DNA from: Eledone cirrhosa
Taxonomy: Eukaryota
Direction of reading: 5' to 3'
Assembly: GCA_964016885.1 (NCBI GenBank)
Contig: CAXHJY010000184.1
Coordinates: 558,001 to 622,000 of the forward strand
DNA: 64,000 nt
Part shown: piece by piece, positions 28,615-40,635 of the stretch
How positions within the stretch are numbered: the first letter of the stretch is position 1
Layout: each line of letters starts with the position of its first letter
Made by a program: the position numbers and the translations under genes
The notes under the pieces: generated by a model
Database searches by the model: none
Seen by the model: only the letters and a program-made list of their open reading frames with translations
What the model was told of the DNA's origin: nothing

Positions 28615-28770
28615 AATTGTTTCTGATTTAGACATAAGGCCAGCAATTTGGGGGAGAGATGGAAGTCAATTAAATCAACCCCAGTACATTACAGGTACTT
28701 TATTTTATCGACCCTGTAAGGATGAAAGGCAAAGCTAACCTTGGCAGGATTTGAACTCAGAACATAAAGA
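28615..28770 (-). mobile_element. SINE copy, reverse orientation
   Basis: GGTACTTTATTTTATCGACCC...GATGAAAGGCAAAG...GGATTTGAACTCAGA is the reverse complement of the SINE core. Confidence 0.7.
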
Positions 28771-28819
28771 GACAACTATATGCTGCAAAGCCTATGGTTT
28801 CTGATTTAGGCACAAGGTC

Positions 28820-30910
28820 AACTCCATCACGACTCCATCAAACAACCACCATCACTCTGTCAAACAGCCACCACAACCATCACCACCACTCCATCAAACA
28901 ACCACCATCACTCTATCAAACAGCCACCACAACCATCACCATCACTCCGTCAAACAACCACCATCACTCTGTCAAACAGCCACCACAACCATCACCATAA
29001 CTCCATCAAACAACCACCATCACTCTGTCAAACAGCCACCACAACCATCACCATAACTCCATCAAACAACCACCATCACTCTGTCAAACAGCCACCACAA
29101 CCATCACCATCACCACCACTCCATCAAACAACCACCATCACCATCTCAACCACCATCACCATAACTCCATCAAACAGCCACCACCACCACCAATCCAACA
29201 TACCCTTATCACCACTTCTCTAACATACTGTTACCCTCCCCTCCCCCCACTACTCCTCAATACACAACAGCCACAATTCCCACCACCACTACAATATACA
29301 GCCACCACCCACACTACCACTTATAACACACACCACCACCACCACTACAACATACAGCCACCACCACTACCCATACTACTACTACTACCACCCACACCAC
29401 CACAACACCATACAACCACTACCTACCACCGACACCACTACTACCACCCACACCACCACAACACCATACAACCACTACCTACCACCACCACCGACACCAC
29501 TACTACCACCACCACCACCACTACTACCACCCACACCACCACAACACCATACAACCACTACCTACCACCACCACCACCGACACCACCACCGACAACATTA
29601 CTACCACCCACACCACCACAACACCATACAACCACTACCTATCAACACCACTACTACCACCCACACCACCACAACACCATACAACCACTACCTACCACCA
29701 CCACCGACACCACTACTACCACCACCACCACCACCACCACTACTACCACCCACACAACCACAACACCATACAACCACTACCTACCACCACCACCGACACC
29801 ACTACTACCACCACCACCACTACCACCCACACAACCACAACACCATACAACCACTACCTACCACCGCCACCACCGACACCACTACTACCACCCACACAAC
29901 CACAACACCATACAACCACTACCTACCACCACCACCGACACCACTACTACCACCACCACTACTACCACCCACACAACCACAACACCATACAACCACGACC
30001 TACCACCGCCACCACCGACACCACTACTACCACCCACACAACCACAACACCATACAACCACTACCTACCACCGCCACCACCGACACCACTACTACCACCC
30101 ACACAACCACAACACCATACAACCACTACCTAACACCACCACCACCGACACCACTACTACCACCCACACAACCACAACACCATACAACCACTACCTATCA
30201 ACACCACTACTACCACCCACACAACCACAACACCATACAACCACTACCTACCACCACCATCACAAACACCACTACTACCACCACCGCCACCACCGACACC
30301 ACTACTACCACCCACACAACCACAACACCATACAACCACTACCTAACACCACCACCACCGACACCACCACCACCGACACCACTACTACCACCCACACAAC
30401 CATAACACCATACAACCACTACCTAACACCACCACTACCACCACCACCACCACCGACACCACTACTACCACCCACACAACCACAACACCATACAACCACT
30501 ACCTATCAATACCACTACTACCACCCACACAACCACAACACCATACACCCACTACCTAACACCACCACCGACACCACCACCACCACCGACACCACTACTA
30601 CCACCCACACAACCACAACACCATACAACCACTACCTAACACCACCACTACCACCACCACCGACACCACTACTACCACCCACACAACCACAACACCATAC
30701 AACCACTACCTATCAACACCACTACTACCACCCACACAACCACAACACCATACAACCACTACCTAACACCACCACCGACACCACTACTACCACCCACACC
30801 ACCACAACACCATACAACCACTACCTAACACCACCACTACCACCACCACCACCACCGACACCACTACTACCACCCACACCATCACAACACCATACAACCA
30901 CTACCTATCA
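28820..30910. repeat. C/A-rich compound repeat (CAC/AAC/TAC triplets in ~50-60-bp units)
   Basis: ACCACTACTACCACCCACACAACCACAACACCATACAACCACTACCT recurs more than 20 times; almost no G on the + strand. Confidence 0.92.
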
Positions 30911-31156
30911 ATTTCTTCTTCTGCTGCTCTACATACAGATTTAATCAGCGGGTATCATGCGCACATTCCACTTTACCGTGACCTACACTGGGCTGGTTTA
31001 GGGTGACAGTAAGTCCTTGAAAGGACACCACCTTCTAAGTGAAGGGTAAAAACCCTTCACCCACATTCCAATTTGAAATAGTTCGCTGCCGAAATCTCTA
31101 AAATCAAAAAAACTCTATTTGATAAAATCGTTTGAAGCCGGAAGAACAAAACAATG

Positions 31157-31530
31157 ACAGTATCGGTAGAGGGTCGGACGCCATGCTTTGACGCATAGAG
31201 TTACGTCCTTTTACGGTCTGAGTTCAAATCCCGCCGAGGTTAACTTTGCCTTTCATCTTTACGGGGTCGATAAAATAAAGTACCAGTAATACACTGGGTA
31301 ATTGCTGGCCTTGTGCCTAAACTAGAAACAATTATTATTATTTGGCAGTATCGGTAGAGGGTCGGACGCCATGCTTTGACGCATAGAGTTACGTCCTTTT
31401 ACGGTCTGAGTTCAAATCCCGCCGAGGTTAACTTTGCCTTTCATCTTTACGGGGTCGATAAAATAAAGTACCAGTAATACACTGAGTAATTGCTGGCCTT
31501 GTGCCAAAAATAGAAACAATTATTATTATT
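31157..31530 (+). mobile_element. Tandem pair of near-identical ~189-bp SINE units
   Basis: CAGTATCGGTAGAGGGTCGGACG starts at ~31157 and ~31346. B-box-like GAGTTCAAATCCC, GGGGTCGATAAAATAAAGTACCAGT core, (ATT)n tail. Partial copies at 31770-31880, 34393-34450 and 37295-37400. Confidence 0.8.
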
Positions 31531-32194
31531 ATTATTGTTCATATAAGTTAATATATTATTATTTTGATGATGCAAAATTAACAACTGGTTTTATTCTTAA
31601 TTCAATTAACAACCGCTGTTATTTGCCAAGTTATTGAAGTAGACGGCAATTGTGCTCCAGAATGACCATGATCATTTAAACATGTTTTCATTGTAGTTTG
31701 GTGTTGTATTGTAGAATATATTTAGAATAAAAACTGTCGTTAATTTTGCCATAACCTAATATTAATGTAAGTTCAAATCCCGTCGAGGTTAACTTTGCCT
31801 TTTATCCTTATGGGGGTCGATAAAATAAAGTACCAGTAATGTACTGAGAAATTGCTGGCTTTGTGCCAAAAGTAGAAATAATTAATGTAAGTTGAAAACC
31901 TAAGAATTAGTATTAAAGGGCACTACAACGCTATTAGCTGTCAGTCGAAGCAGCCGATGAAAGCAAAACATCGTTTATTTCCGTATTACTACCACGCGTA
32001 AGTGGAGTTACTTAACTGAAAAAAAATTTTTTTTTCACGCGTTTTTATTAATTTTTTTATTAAAGCATATAGATGTAAGTGGAGTTACTTAAATGAAAAT
32101 ATAGGTGGCCCTTAAAAGGGCCAAATTAGAATATACCGCTACGTTTTAACAGTTTTACTAGTTACACATACACACACACATATATATATATATA

Positions 32195-32280
32195 CACACG
32201 GTGTCCCCTCAAAAATATATACACACTTTGATTACTTTGCTGTTGAAGTGTGTATACATTTTTTGGGACACTGTTTGTAT
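32195..32280. mobile_element. Tiny Tc1/mariner-type MITE hairpin within (TA)n
   Basis: ACGGTGTCCCCTCAAAAATATATACACACTT ... AAGTGTGTATACATTTTTTGGGACACTGT form an imperfect inverted repeat. Confidence 0.6.
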
Positions 32281-32795
32281 ATATATATATATATATATAT
32301 ATATTGGGGGAAGGGAGAAATTTTTGGATGCTATACCTGACATAATAAAATCCAAAATACACCCCTAACATTTGTCGGAATATCAATCACGAGAGTAGAT
32401 AAATAAATATATAAATACATAAATAAGAAATGATAGAAAAGGAAAAGAAAATCCCTACATTATGTAATATTCCCAGTCACCCCTAAATTTTCCCTAAATT
32501 TCAAAACCGGGAGGGGAAAGTCCGAGGGTTAAAATCCCAAATGATGGTACCTCAAATACTAGTGTATCCCTTTGCATTACAGTTTAAAGCAATACATATG
32601 ATCGCTTTGATGACTCTTATTCGTTTCTAAGGGTTTCGTTTTTTTCTCGTCTTTCTATCATATATATATATATAAAAAACCAAAATACATATATATATAT
32701 ATATATGTGTCAAAATCTTTCCCTCTATCTATCTCTTTCCCTCTCTGTCTATCTTTTGCCATAAAAACGATAATGATAATCAATTCAATTAAGAA

Positions 32796-32861
<66 letters not shown>

Positions 32862-33750
32862 TATTAGTATTATTATTAAAATTAAATACCATTTATTCTG
32901 CGGCAGAGAGTTTCATCTTCTCCATCATTCGCTCCTCCAGAATCGTAGTACTAGTCGTTATTGTATGTGTGTGTTTCTGCGCATATATATATATATATGT
33001 GGTGTGTATGTGTTTGTGTGTATATGTATATATGTTTGCGATCGCCACTCTCGCCCTTCGTGAGGAGAATGGTGTGTACGTATGTATATATATATATGTG
33101 TGTGTATGTGTGTGCTTGGAATATTTACCAATGGTTGATATATCGATGAACCTCTGATAGGCTTATACAGAATCAATGGATCTCGTATCGGTTCCTTTCG
33201 TTCGATCACCAAGAACTACCCACACATTTGAATTTATAATGTAAATGGTTAAATGTTTCACAAACACTTGTACTCCCTTACTTTAACATACCCCTCCCCC
33301 ATATACACATACTATGTGGGCACTCAGTTTGCTAGAAATAACAGCCAATTCTTTCCACCTACCTTAAAAAAAAATATTAAGAAAGAACACGATGTCCGAT
33401 AATGTACGTATTAGATACACCTAAAACGACGGGATGGTCGTGGCTGGAATACCGTTGATCATAATGGAATTCTGTGGTTTAGTCAAGGTTGACCTAGGGC
33501 TAAACAACAATAACGTAATCCCCAAGCAGAAAAGTCAACAAAACTCTCTTGCAACATTGTAGAGTGAATGTAAAATTTTATAAGCTTCAGCTTTGAGAAA
33601 CTACTCTCACCATTTTCCATCGATACTGGAAGTGTGAAAAGGATGCTTAATGCAATAGCATCATTTGAGTGATATAAAAAATTTTCCCGATTTTAGAATT
33701 ATTCCAATTTATCATTTTTCCGAACTTACAATGAAAAAATACGTATATAC

Positions 33751-33958
33751 GGGAAAAATAGCGCCAAACTTTTCCTTTTGAAAGAATAATGTGATTTGTC
33801 ACGTGATAGTACTTCTCAATATGTGTATACGTATATACGTATACACATATTTAGAGGTAATGTGTATACGTATATACGTATACACATATTTAGAGGTATT
33901 ATCACGTGACAAATCACATTATTCTTTCAAAAGGAAACGTTTGGCGCCATTTTTCTCC
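33751..33958. repeat. ~210-bp hairpin/foldback with duplicated palindromic centre
   Basis: GCGCCAAACTTTTCCTTTTGAAAGAATAATGTGATTTGTCACGTGATA is inverted at 33899-33947. Centre ATGTGTATACGTATATACGTATACACAT occurs twice. Confidence 0.85.
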
Positions 33959-34077
33959 AGAGAATAGCGGGAATTTCAATAAACGCAGGAGAAATGAAGA
34001 AACAGTAAATCAAAAGATAAGAAAACAGTAAGTAATATCAAATAATTATTAAAAACGTTACACGAATAATTAAGTTT

Positions 34078-34161
<84 letters not shown>

Positions 34162-34509
34162 TTTATCTGATGAAAGCGGTGGCCCATGATAAATATAGTT
34201 TCCATTTATTAATATATTATATATATATATGTATGTATGTATGTATGTAAAAAAAAAATTATCACCAATTAAATGTATTAAACTTCTGTAATACATTTGA
34301 AAATTTACATTGAGCCTTTTCTCCTTCCGGCTAGTACTTAGTACTACCATCCATATTTATAATCATATATAAGTATAAATATTATTATTATTCAGTAATG
34401 CACTGGGTAATTGCTGGCCTTGTGCCTAAAGTAGAAACAATTATTATTACTATGTATGTATATGTATATATATAATATAAGATCAAAAGGTGGTTAAAAG
34501 AGTTCCATG

Positions 34510-34580
34510 TATTTTATTATGCGCATTTCAAAAACAAATATCATCATGCGATGACATTTGCGTTTTCGTCAGATAAAATA
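34510..34580 (-). ncRNA. Type I hammerhead ribozyme (left-arm copy)
   Basis: Exact reverse complement of 36841-36911. Confidence 0.88.
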
Positions 34581-34748
34581 GGGAGACATGATATGAAGGT
34601 TAAAAAACACTTGTGAATAGTGCAGTTTTAAATCAACATATGAAAAGTAATTTAAGATTGATATGTGATATTGGGGCAAAAATGAGGGGGGTGGGGTGGA
34701 AAGGATGAAAAAGAGGAGATGAGAGTAAAGAATGGTGGGGGAGGAGTA

Positions 34749-36132
34749 CAGTGGCGGATTTAAGGAATAGGGCCCAGTCGGCATTGGTCAGTAAGGAGGT
34801 CCCAGAGTGAAAATTAAAGTACCTTCTTTTCGAGCGAGTATTGAAAAAGTTTTTTTTTTAATTTCCCATTTAGCTACCAATAATCATTAAGAAGACAATT
34901 AAATTACAAGTACACTTTATTTGAAACAAACAAACAGATGTGCTGTACTGTAAACAAATAATAAAGTAATAAAGTTGTATATATGTTAGTCTTTTACACA
35001 AATTGCTTTTACATGCGCAGAATTCTGCGAGCTTTAACAGTTGAAAAATGAGTTATAGCGTGGTCCAAGTTTACTGATTTAGTAATTTTGTTTTCAATTG
35101 CCAGCAGGGCAAAACTGGATAGCCTCTCCTGGCCCATCGTTGAACGAAGATAATTTTTTATTCTTCGTAGAACACTGAAAGAGCGTTCCGCACTTGCTAT
35201 GCCAATTGGTAAAGTGAGAAATAGCCTTACCAGAATTTCAAACTCGGGAAAGACATCACACAAGTCATTGTTCAGTAAAAATTTCAGATATGGCATAACC
35301 CTACTTTGTTTTAAAGCTGCGTTTGGCTGTGAAAAGTAGAGGCCAATGAAAGAAAAGAGTTCATTTCTGAGTTCCAGTGTGAATTCATTTGGAAAGTTAT
35401 CTACCAATGTTGCTACATGTGTTTTTAGTTCATCATCTGAGCATTTAGCCAGTCGATTTGGACTCAAAAATCCAAAGATTGAAGATATTTTTTTTATTCC
35501 TTCAGTTCGGGCTCTCATCTCCCCAATCATACTATCCAGTGATTGAAAATAAATTGCAGTGCGATATCTATCTGAAGCAGTAGCTAGTCTTTCAACACCA
35601 CAAACTTCACCATCCATAATCTTTCTTCTCCTTACTCGCGTTATTTTAAAATCAGCTTCAGATGCATCAAATCCCACGTCATTCCAGGCTTTCTTTGTCT
35701 GGTCCACAAATTGTTCAAATTTGTGATCGCATCTGAGTTCTTCCAATTTATCTGTTGAACGTTCAAAGCACTGTCACAAGGAATAAATCAAAAAGAAACT
35801 AAAAAAAAACCCAAGAAACTAACAAAAATATCAACAAAAAAACAAAACAATGAAACTAACAAAAACGTTTCAAATAAATAAATAAATCTATATTTCTTTT
35901 AACGGCTAAAAAAAAGGGAATGTAAATTTGTTGGAATAGCCTCATTTCAGCAGCCAGCAGCGAAGTTATTTAGCCTCATATCAGCAGCGAACAGCGAAGT
36001 TATTTAGCCCTAGGCATGGAGGAGGTATTTTTGGATATCGCCCAAATTACAATTTTTTTTTTTTGCAAGCGCCCAGTCGGCAGGGGCCCAGTCGGCATTT
36101 GCCACCTTCGCCACCTGTTAAATCCGCCACTT
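34749..36132 (-). mobile_element. Internally deleted hAT DNA transposon, 1384 bp
   Basis: TIRs CAGTGGCGGATTTAA / TTAAATCCGCCACTT (14/15). 8-bp TSD GAGGAGTA at 34741-34748 and 36133-36140. Subterminal GCCCAGTCGGCA three times. Confidence 0.95.
35009..35746 (-). pseudogene. C-terminal fragment of hAT transposase (hATC dimerisation domain; ZMYM1-like family)
   Basis: FPEFEILVRLFLTLPIGIASAERSFSVLRRIKNYLRSTMGQERLSSFALLAIE is the hATC signature. N-terminal DNA-binding and most catalytic regions are missing. Confidence 0.92.
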
Positions 36133-36840
36133 GAGGAGTATAATAAGGAAGGATGAGATAGGAGAGATGGGTGATAGAGAGAGAGAGATAGCTTTTATAA
36201 CTGAGAAAAATATATTGTTTTACAGAGAGAGGTTAAAAAGCCGTTGGAAGATAATATATAAATTAAAAGAATTTAAAAATTAATGAAAAGAAAAAATTAA
36301 GGTTTGTATATTGAAGGGTTTAATAATATGTGCGATGAAAAGAAATTGTTAATATATATTAAGAATAATGTTAAATTAAGGTTTAACACATTATTAAACC
36401 CTTCAATATACAAACTTTAATTTAACATTATTCTTAATATATATTAACAATTTCTTTTCATCGCACATATTATTAAACTCTTCAATATACAAACCTTAAT
36501 TTAACATTATTCTTAATTTTTTTCTTTTCATTAATTTTCAAATTCTTTTCATTTATATATTATCTTCCAACGGCTTTTTAACCTCTCTCTCTGTAAAACA
36601 ATATATTTTTCTCAGTTATAAAGGCTATCTCTCTCTTTCTATCACCCATCTCTCTTCCTATCTCATCCTTCCTTATTATACTCCTCCCCCTCCATTCTTT
36701 ACTCTCATCTCCTCCTCTTTTTCATCCCCCCCCCCTCATTTTTTTCCCAATATCACATATCAATCTTGAATTACTTTTCATAAGTTGATTTAAAACTGCA
36801 CTATTCACAAGTGTTTTTTAACCTTCATATCATGTCTCCC

Positions 36841-36911
36841 TATTTTATCTGACGAAAACGCAAATGTCATCGCATGATGATATTTGTTTTTGAAATGCGC
36901 ATAATAAAATA
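36841..36911 (+). ncRNA. Type I hammerhead ribozyme (right-arm copy), predicted cleavage after AUA at 36903
   Basis: Stem I TATTTTAT/ATAAAATA; core CTGACGA; 16-bp stem II AAACGCAAATGTCATC-GCAT-GATGATATTTGTTTTT (one mismatch, two G-U); GAAA; palindromic stem III ATGCGCAT; UH = UA. Confidence 0.9.
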
Positions 36912-37030
36912 CATGGAACTCTTTTAACCATCTTTTGATCTTATTATTTATACTCCAGTCCCACAAACTGTAGAGTGGTACTTATCCGATATCTGCATTG
37001 CTCTTTATTGTACTACAATAAAACTCACCT

Positions 37031-37087
<57 letters not shown>

Positions 37088-37118
37088 TATTTTATTATAC
37101 TTATTTCGAAGACATATG

Positions 37119-37251
37119 TCATTTGTATAATATCTGCCCTACGTGTTTTCTTCCGACAAAAATCCATGCAAGATGTAAATATCCGTTGATATGAGATATT
37201 CGTTGATATCCATTGATATGAGAACACGTAGGGCAGATGTTATACAAATGA
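37119..37251. mobile_element. Small MITE-like element with ~32-bp inverted repeats
   Basis: TCATTTGTATAATATCTGCCCTACGTGTTTTC vs GAGAACACGTAGGGCAGATGTTATACAAATGA (2 mismatches). Confidence 0.75.
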
Positions 37252-37922
37252 AATGGGCAAATGATACCGTCTTTCTTGTTTATTATTATAACCCACCGAG
37301 GTTAACTTTGCCTTTCATCCTTATGGGGTCGATAAAATAAAGTAGCAGTAATACACTGGGTAATTGCTGGCCTTGTGCCAAAGTAGAAACAATTATTATA
37401 ATAAAACTCCGGATAAACATAAACTGTTGATATTAAACTTATGAAAGAGTCGGCAAATTTTCAATCAACCAACTTTCCTTAGTTGAATAAATATATGTAT
37501 GTATATATAGACGTATTTTTTCTTTAATATTGCAACATTAAAGGAATATATCCTTCTGAAAGAATCGCGAGCAATTTATAATGTTATTTAAGCATTGGTA
37601 ATTATTTATGTATATATTTAAAACATATTTGCTGTTATTCTACTGTAAATATATTATATATACGCAAATAATGAATCTGTATATTAAAACATCGTTGTAT
37701 TATTCAATCAGTTTATTGAACAACTAGAATGCTCATCGTCAAGTACTTTATACATATATATATATATGTGTGTGTGTGTGTATGTATGTATGAATCTATA
37801 TATATGTGTGTGTATGTATATATGTGTGTATGTATATGTGTGTATGTATATGTGTGTGTATGTATATATGTGTGTATGCATATGTGTGTGTATGCATATG
37901 TGTGTATGTATATATATGTGTG

Positions 37923-37953
<31 letters not shown>

Positions 37954-38206
37954 GAAGATAAATTAACGGAGCCATAGAGTCGCGTTATTCCCTGTAAATT
38001 ATGTGCTCAAAGGGAAAGGAATCCTATACATATTGTATATGTATATATATATATGCATGTATATATGTATTTGTATATATGTATATGTGTGTATGTATGT
38101 ATGTATGTATATATATATGCATGTGTATATATATATATAGATGTAATCTGAATTTTATAGATGTAATCTGAATAGTATGTTAGAATATTAAGTGTTAAGT
38201 GTTAAT

Positions 38207-38245
38207 TGAACAAGTACTTTCATGCTTTCGCAATCTTCAAGTTCA
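38207..38245 (-). ncRNA. Minimal PLE hammerhead, C3U variant
   Basis: Minus strand reads TGAAC-TTGAAGA-TTGCGAAAGCAT-GAAA-GTAC-TT-GTTCA. Confidence 0.65.
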
Positions 38246-38532
38246 TATTCTGTGGTGACAGTCAAGTTTGCAATTTTCAACTGTAATGAGATGGGTAAAT
38301 TTTGTGCCTTATATACAGAGAAAAGCGGCTACAGAATGCTATATTTTGCAAACTGTATTTCGACCAATTGGTGTGTAGTTTCACTGGATTACTGAAGCTG
38401 ATTGGTTTAGGCGTCATGGTTGGTTGAGCATGTCTAACGACTTCTATTTGGCTCTATCCAAAGCATCAATTGTTTTGCTATTTTTAGAAATGATGTAAAT
38501 AGCATTTTCTAGGGTTTTTATACCCCTAAGAA

Positions 38533-38823
38533 TTATAATTGTTCATTTAGCTTGGGTTGGAATTTATCAATAAAATTCTTTTCTTTGATTTTTCTCTTGA
38601 TTTCACTTGGCCTGTGTAATTTGTAGAATGGAAATATAAATATTTTCTGACCACATGTTGCTAGATGGTTACTCAGGGGTATCTGACGGACATTTGGGTC
38701 TCTGATTTGCTGTCGGTGCACCCGTGCACGTTCCGATAGTGCATTTCCAGTTTGACCGACATATAGTTCTTCACAATTCGGGCATTTAATGCAGTAAATT
38801 AGATTTCTGCTTTTGTAGTTCAT
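38533..38823 (-). pseudogene. GIY-YIG endonuclease domain of a Penelope-like element (no RT present)
   Basis: NLIYCIKCPNCEELYVGQTGNALSERARVH...NHLATC...E..FI...QPKLN: PLE-type GIY-YIG with CxxC/His Zn motif and terminal PxLN. Confidence 0.9.
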
Positions 38824-39129
38824 ATTTGCATTTGGGAATATTTTTCAAAATTCCAACCCAAACTAAATGAACAATAATAATTCTTAGGGGTATAAAACCC
38901 TAGAAAATGCTATTTTCATCATTTCTAAAAATAGCAAAACAATTGATGCTTTGAATAGATGCCAAATAGAAGTTGTTAGACATGCCCAACCAACCGTGAT
39001 GCCTAAACCAATCAGCTTCAGTAATCCAGTGAAACTACACATGTAGCCGCTTTTCACTGTATATAAGGCACAAAATTTACCCATCTCATTACAGTTGAAA
39101 ATTGTAAACTTGACTGTCACCACAGAATA

Positions 39130-39168
39130 TGAACCTGAAGATTGCGAAAGCATGAAATTACTTGTTCA
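39130..39168 (+). ncRNA. Minimal PLE hammerhead, stem III mutated
   Basis: TGAAC-CTGAAGA-TTGCGAAAGCAT-GAAA-TTAC-TT-GTTCA; stem I TGAAC/GTTCA. Confidence 0.7.
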
Positions 39169-39593
39169 ATTAAAACTTAACACTTAATATTCTACCATAC
39201 TATTTCATTCTAATACCATTATAATTTTAAAGGATTGTAAATAAAACGAGTAAATCAGACAAAGTTGTAAAAGTCTGAGAGATTGGCTACATATGTTTTA
39301 TATATATATTTTTTTTGTTTAGATGGAAGACAAAACAAAGAAGATGAATACAAAGATGAATACAAAGATGAAGATAAAGATGAAGAACCTCACTGCACCG
39401 CACTGCACAACACCACACTGCACAACACCACACTGCACCGCACCACATCACACCACACCCCATAAAAATAATACAACACTACACCACACTACTCCACTCC
39501 ACATAAAAACACACCACAACACACCACACTACTCCACTCCACATAAAAACACACCACAACACACCACTCCACACACACCACATAACACCCAAC

Positions 39594-40635
39594 ATTTTTT
39601 CCTCATCTTTTTTTCATGTGTTATCAACTAATCCGAACTCCAAGATGTTTGTTATTGACTCTCTCTTCATGGAAAACTTAGGTGGATGCACTTCTCTCAT
39701 TTAACCCCAGAGTTTTCTCATGTTATCAACGAATATGACCTCCAAACCAGTTGGAAATGATTAGTTGTTCTAGGGAAAAGGAGGGGTAAAGCAGGTGGAA
39801 AAGCCATTGTCGTTTTGTAGATATATACCCTAATGATTTTTCTTCGGTCTCCTTTTCAGTGCTATCAACTAATCTGACCTTTTAGTTGCTCTGAATCAAT
39901 TTTTTTTTTCTGGGATTTGGAAACTAAATTAAACATAAAATTAAATCTAGCCCCAACCCTAAATCTAAACCAAACCAAGCTAAATGTAAACCCTAAACAT
40001 TACCCCAACCATAAAACTAAACCCTAAACATTACCCCAACCCTAAAACTAAACCCTAAACTTTACCCCAAACCTAAAGCTAAACCCTAAACTTTACCCCA
40101 AACCTAAAGCTAAACTCTAAACTTTACCCCAAACCTAAAGCTAAACCCTAAACTTTACCCCAACCCTAAAACTAAACCCTAAACATTACCCCAACCCTAA
40201 ACCTAACCCAGGGAAATAAGTTGATTGGAAGCATCTAGGAGGTCAGATTAATTAATAGCACAGGAAATAGCATAGGAAATAGCATAGGAAATAGCATAGG
40301 AAATAGCATAGGAAATAGCACAGGAAATTAATAGCACAGGAAATATACCGAAAATGATTAAGTCCCACAACATGTGAGTGGGGTGTAGATCTGTAAAACT
40401 CTTCCCCTCTCCCTCTCCTCTTTCTCCAAAGCTAGTTGTTTTTGACTGGTTTGGAAGTCATATTCACTGATAACGCATGAAAATAGAATCAAAGAGAAAA
40501 TTCCGAGTAAGCAGGGGTTATCCGGGTGAAGGGGGAACCACCTCACCCCGCCGTTTTCCTGGGGGGAGAAAGTCGGTTTCAAGCATCTTGGAGATTGGAT
40601 TAGTTGATAGCACATGAAAAATAGGAGGAAAAAAT
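39594..40635. mobile_element. Foldback-like element with three nested inverted-repeat pairs around a CCCTAA-rich core
   Basis: IR pairs 39611-39651/40580-40620, 39718-39751/40446-40480 and 39859-39890/40231-40261. Core 39940-40210 has 30-bp units such as AACCCTAAACTTTACCCCAAACCTAAAGCT. Confidence 0.75.

Larger units (their letters stand above)
34477..36944. mobile_element. ~1.08-kb non-coding palindrome (inverted PLE pLTR-like arms carrying hammerheads), left arm interrupted by hAT
   Basis: 34477-34748 plus 36141-~36385 is the reverse complement of ~36412-36944 with few differences. Confidence 0.9.
38171..39204. mobile_element. 5'-truncated Penelope-like retroelement with inverted pLTR
   Basis: Arms 38171-38565 and 38848-39204 are diverged inverted copies (left arm has ~38 extra bp). 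The spacer encodes a GIY-YIG domain. The right arm begins with the last codons KFQPKLNEQ* on the + strand. Confidence 0.9.

Noticed and set aside
32700-34350. YIYI/CVCV ORFs (also 37729-37977) and His/Thr-rich ORFs at 28794, 39323 and 40614
   Set aside because: Translations of (TA)n, (TG)n and CACAC microsatellites.
37700-37750. TTGACGA plus stem on the minus strand
   Set aside because: No GAAA box and no stem I.
39940-40210. True or interstitial telomere
   Set aside because: Degenerate 30-bp units enclosed in inverted repeats, not a clean (CCCTAA)n tract.
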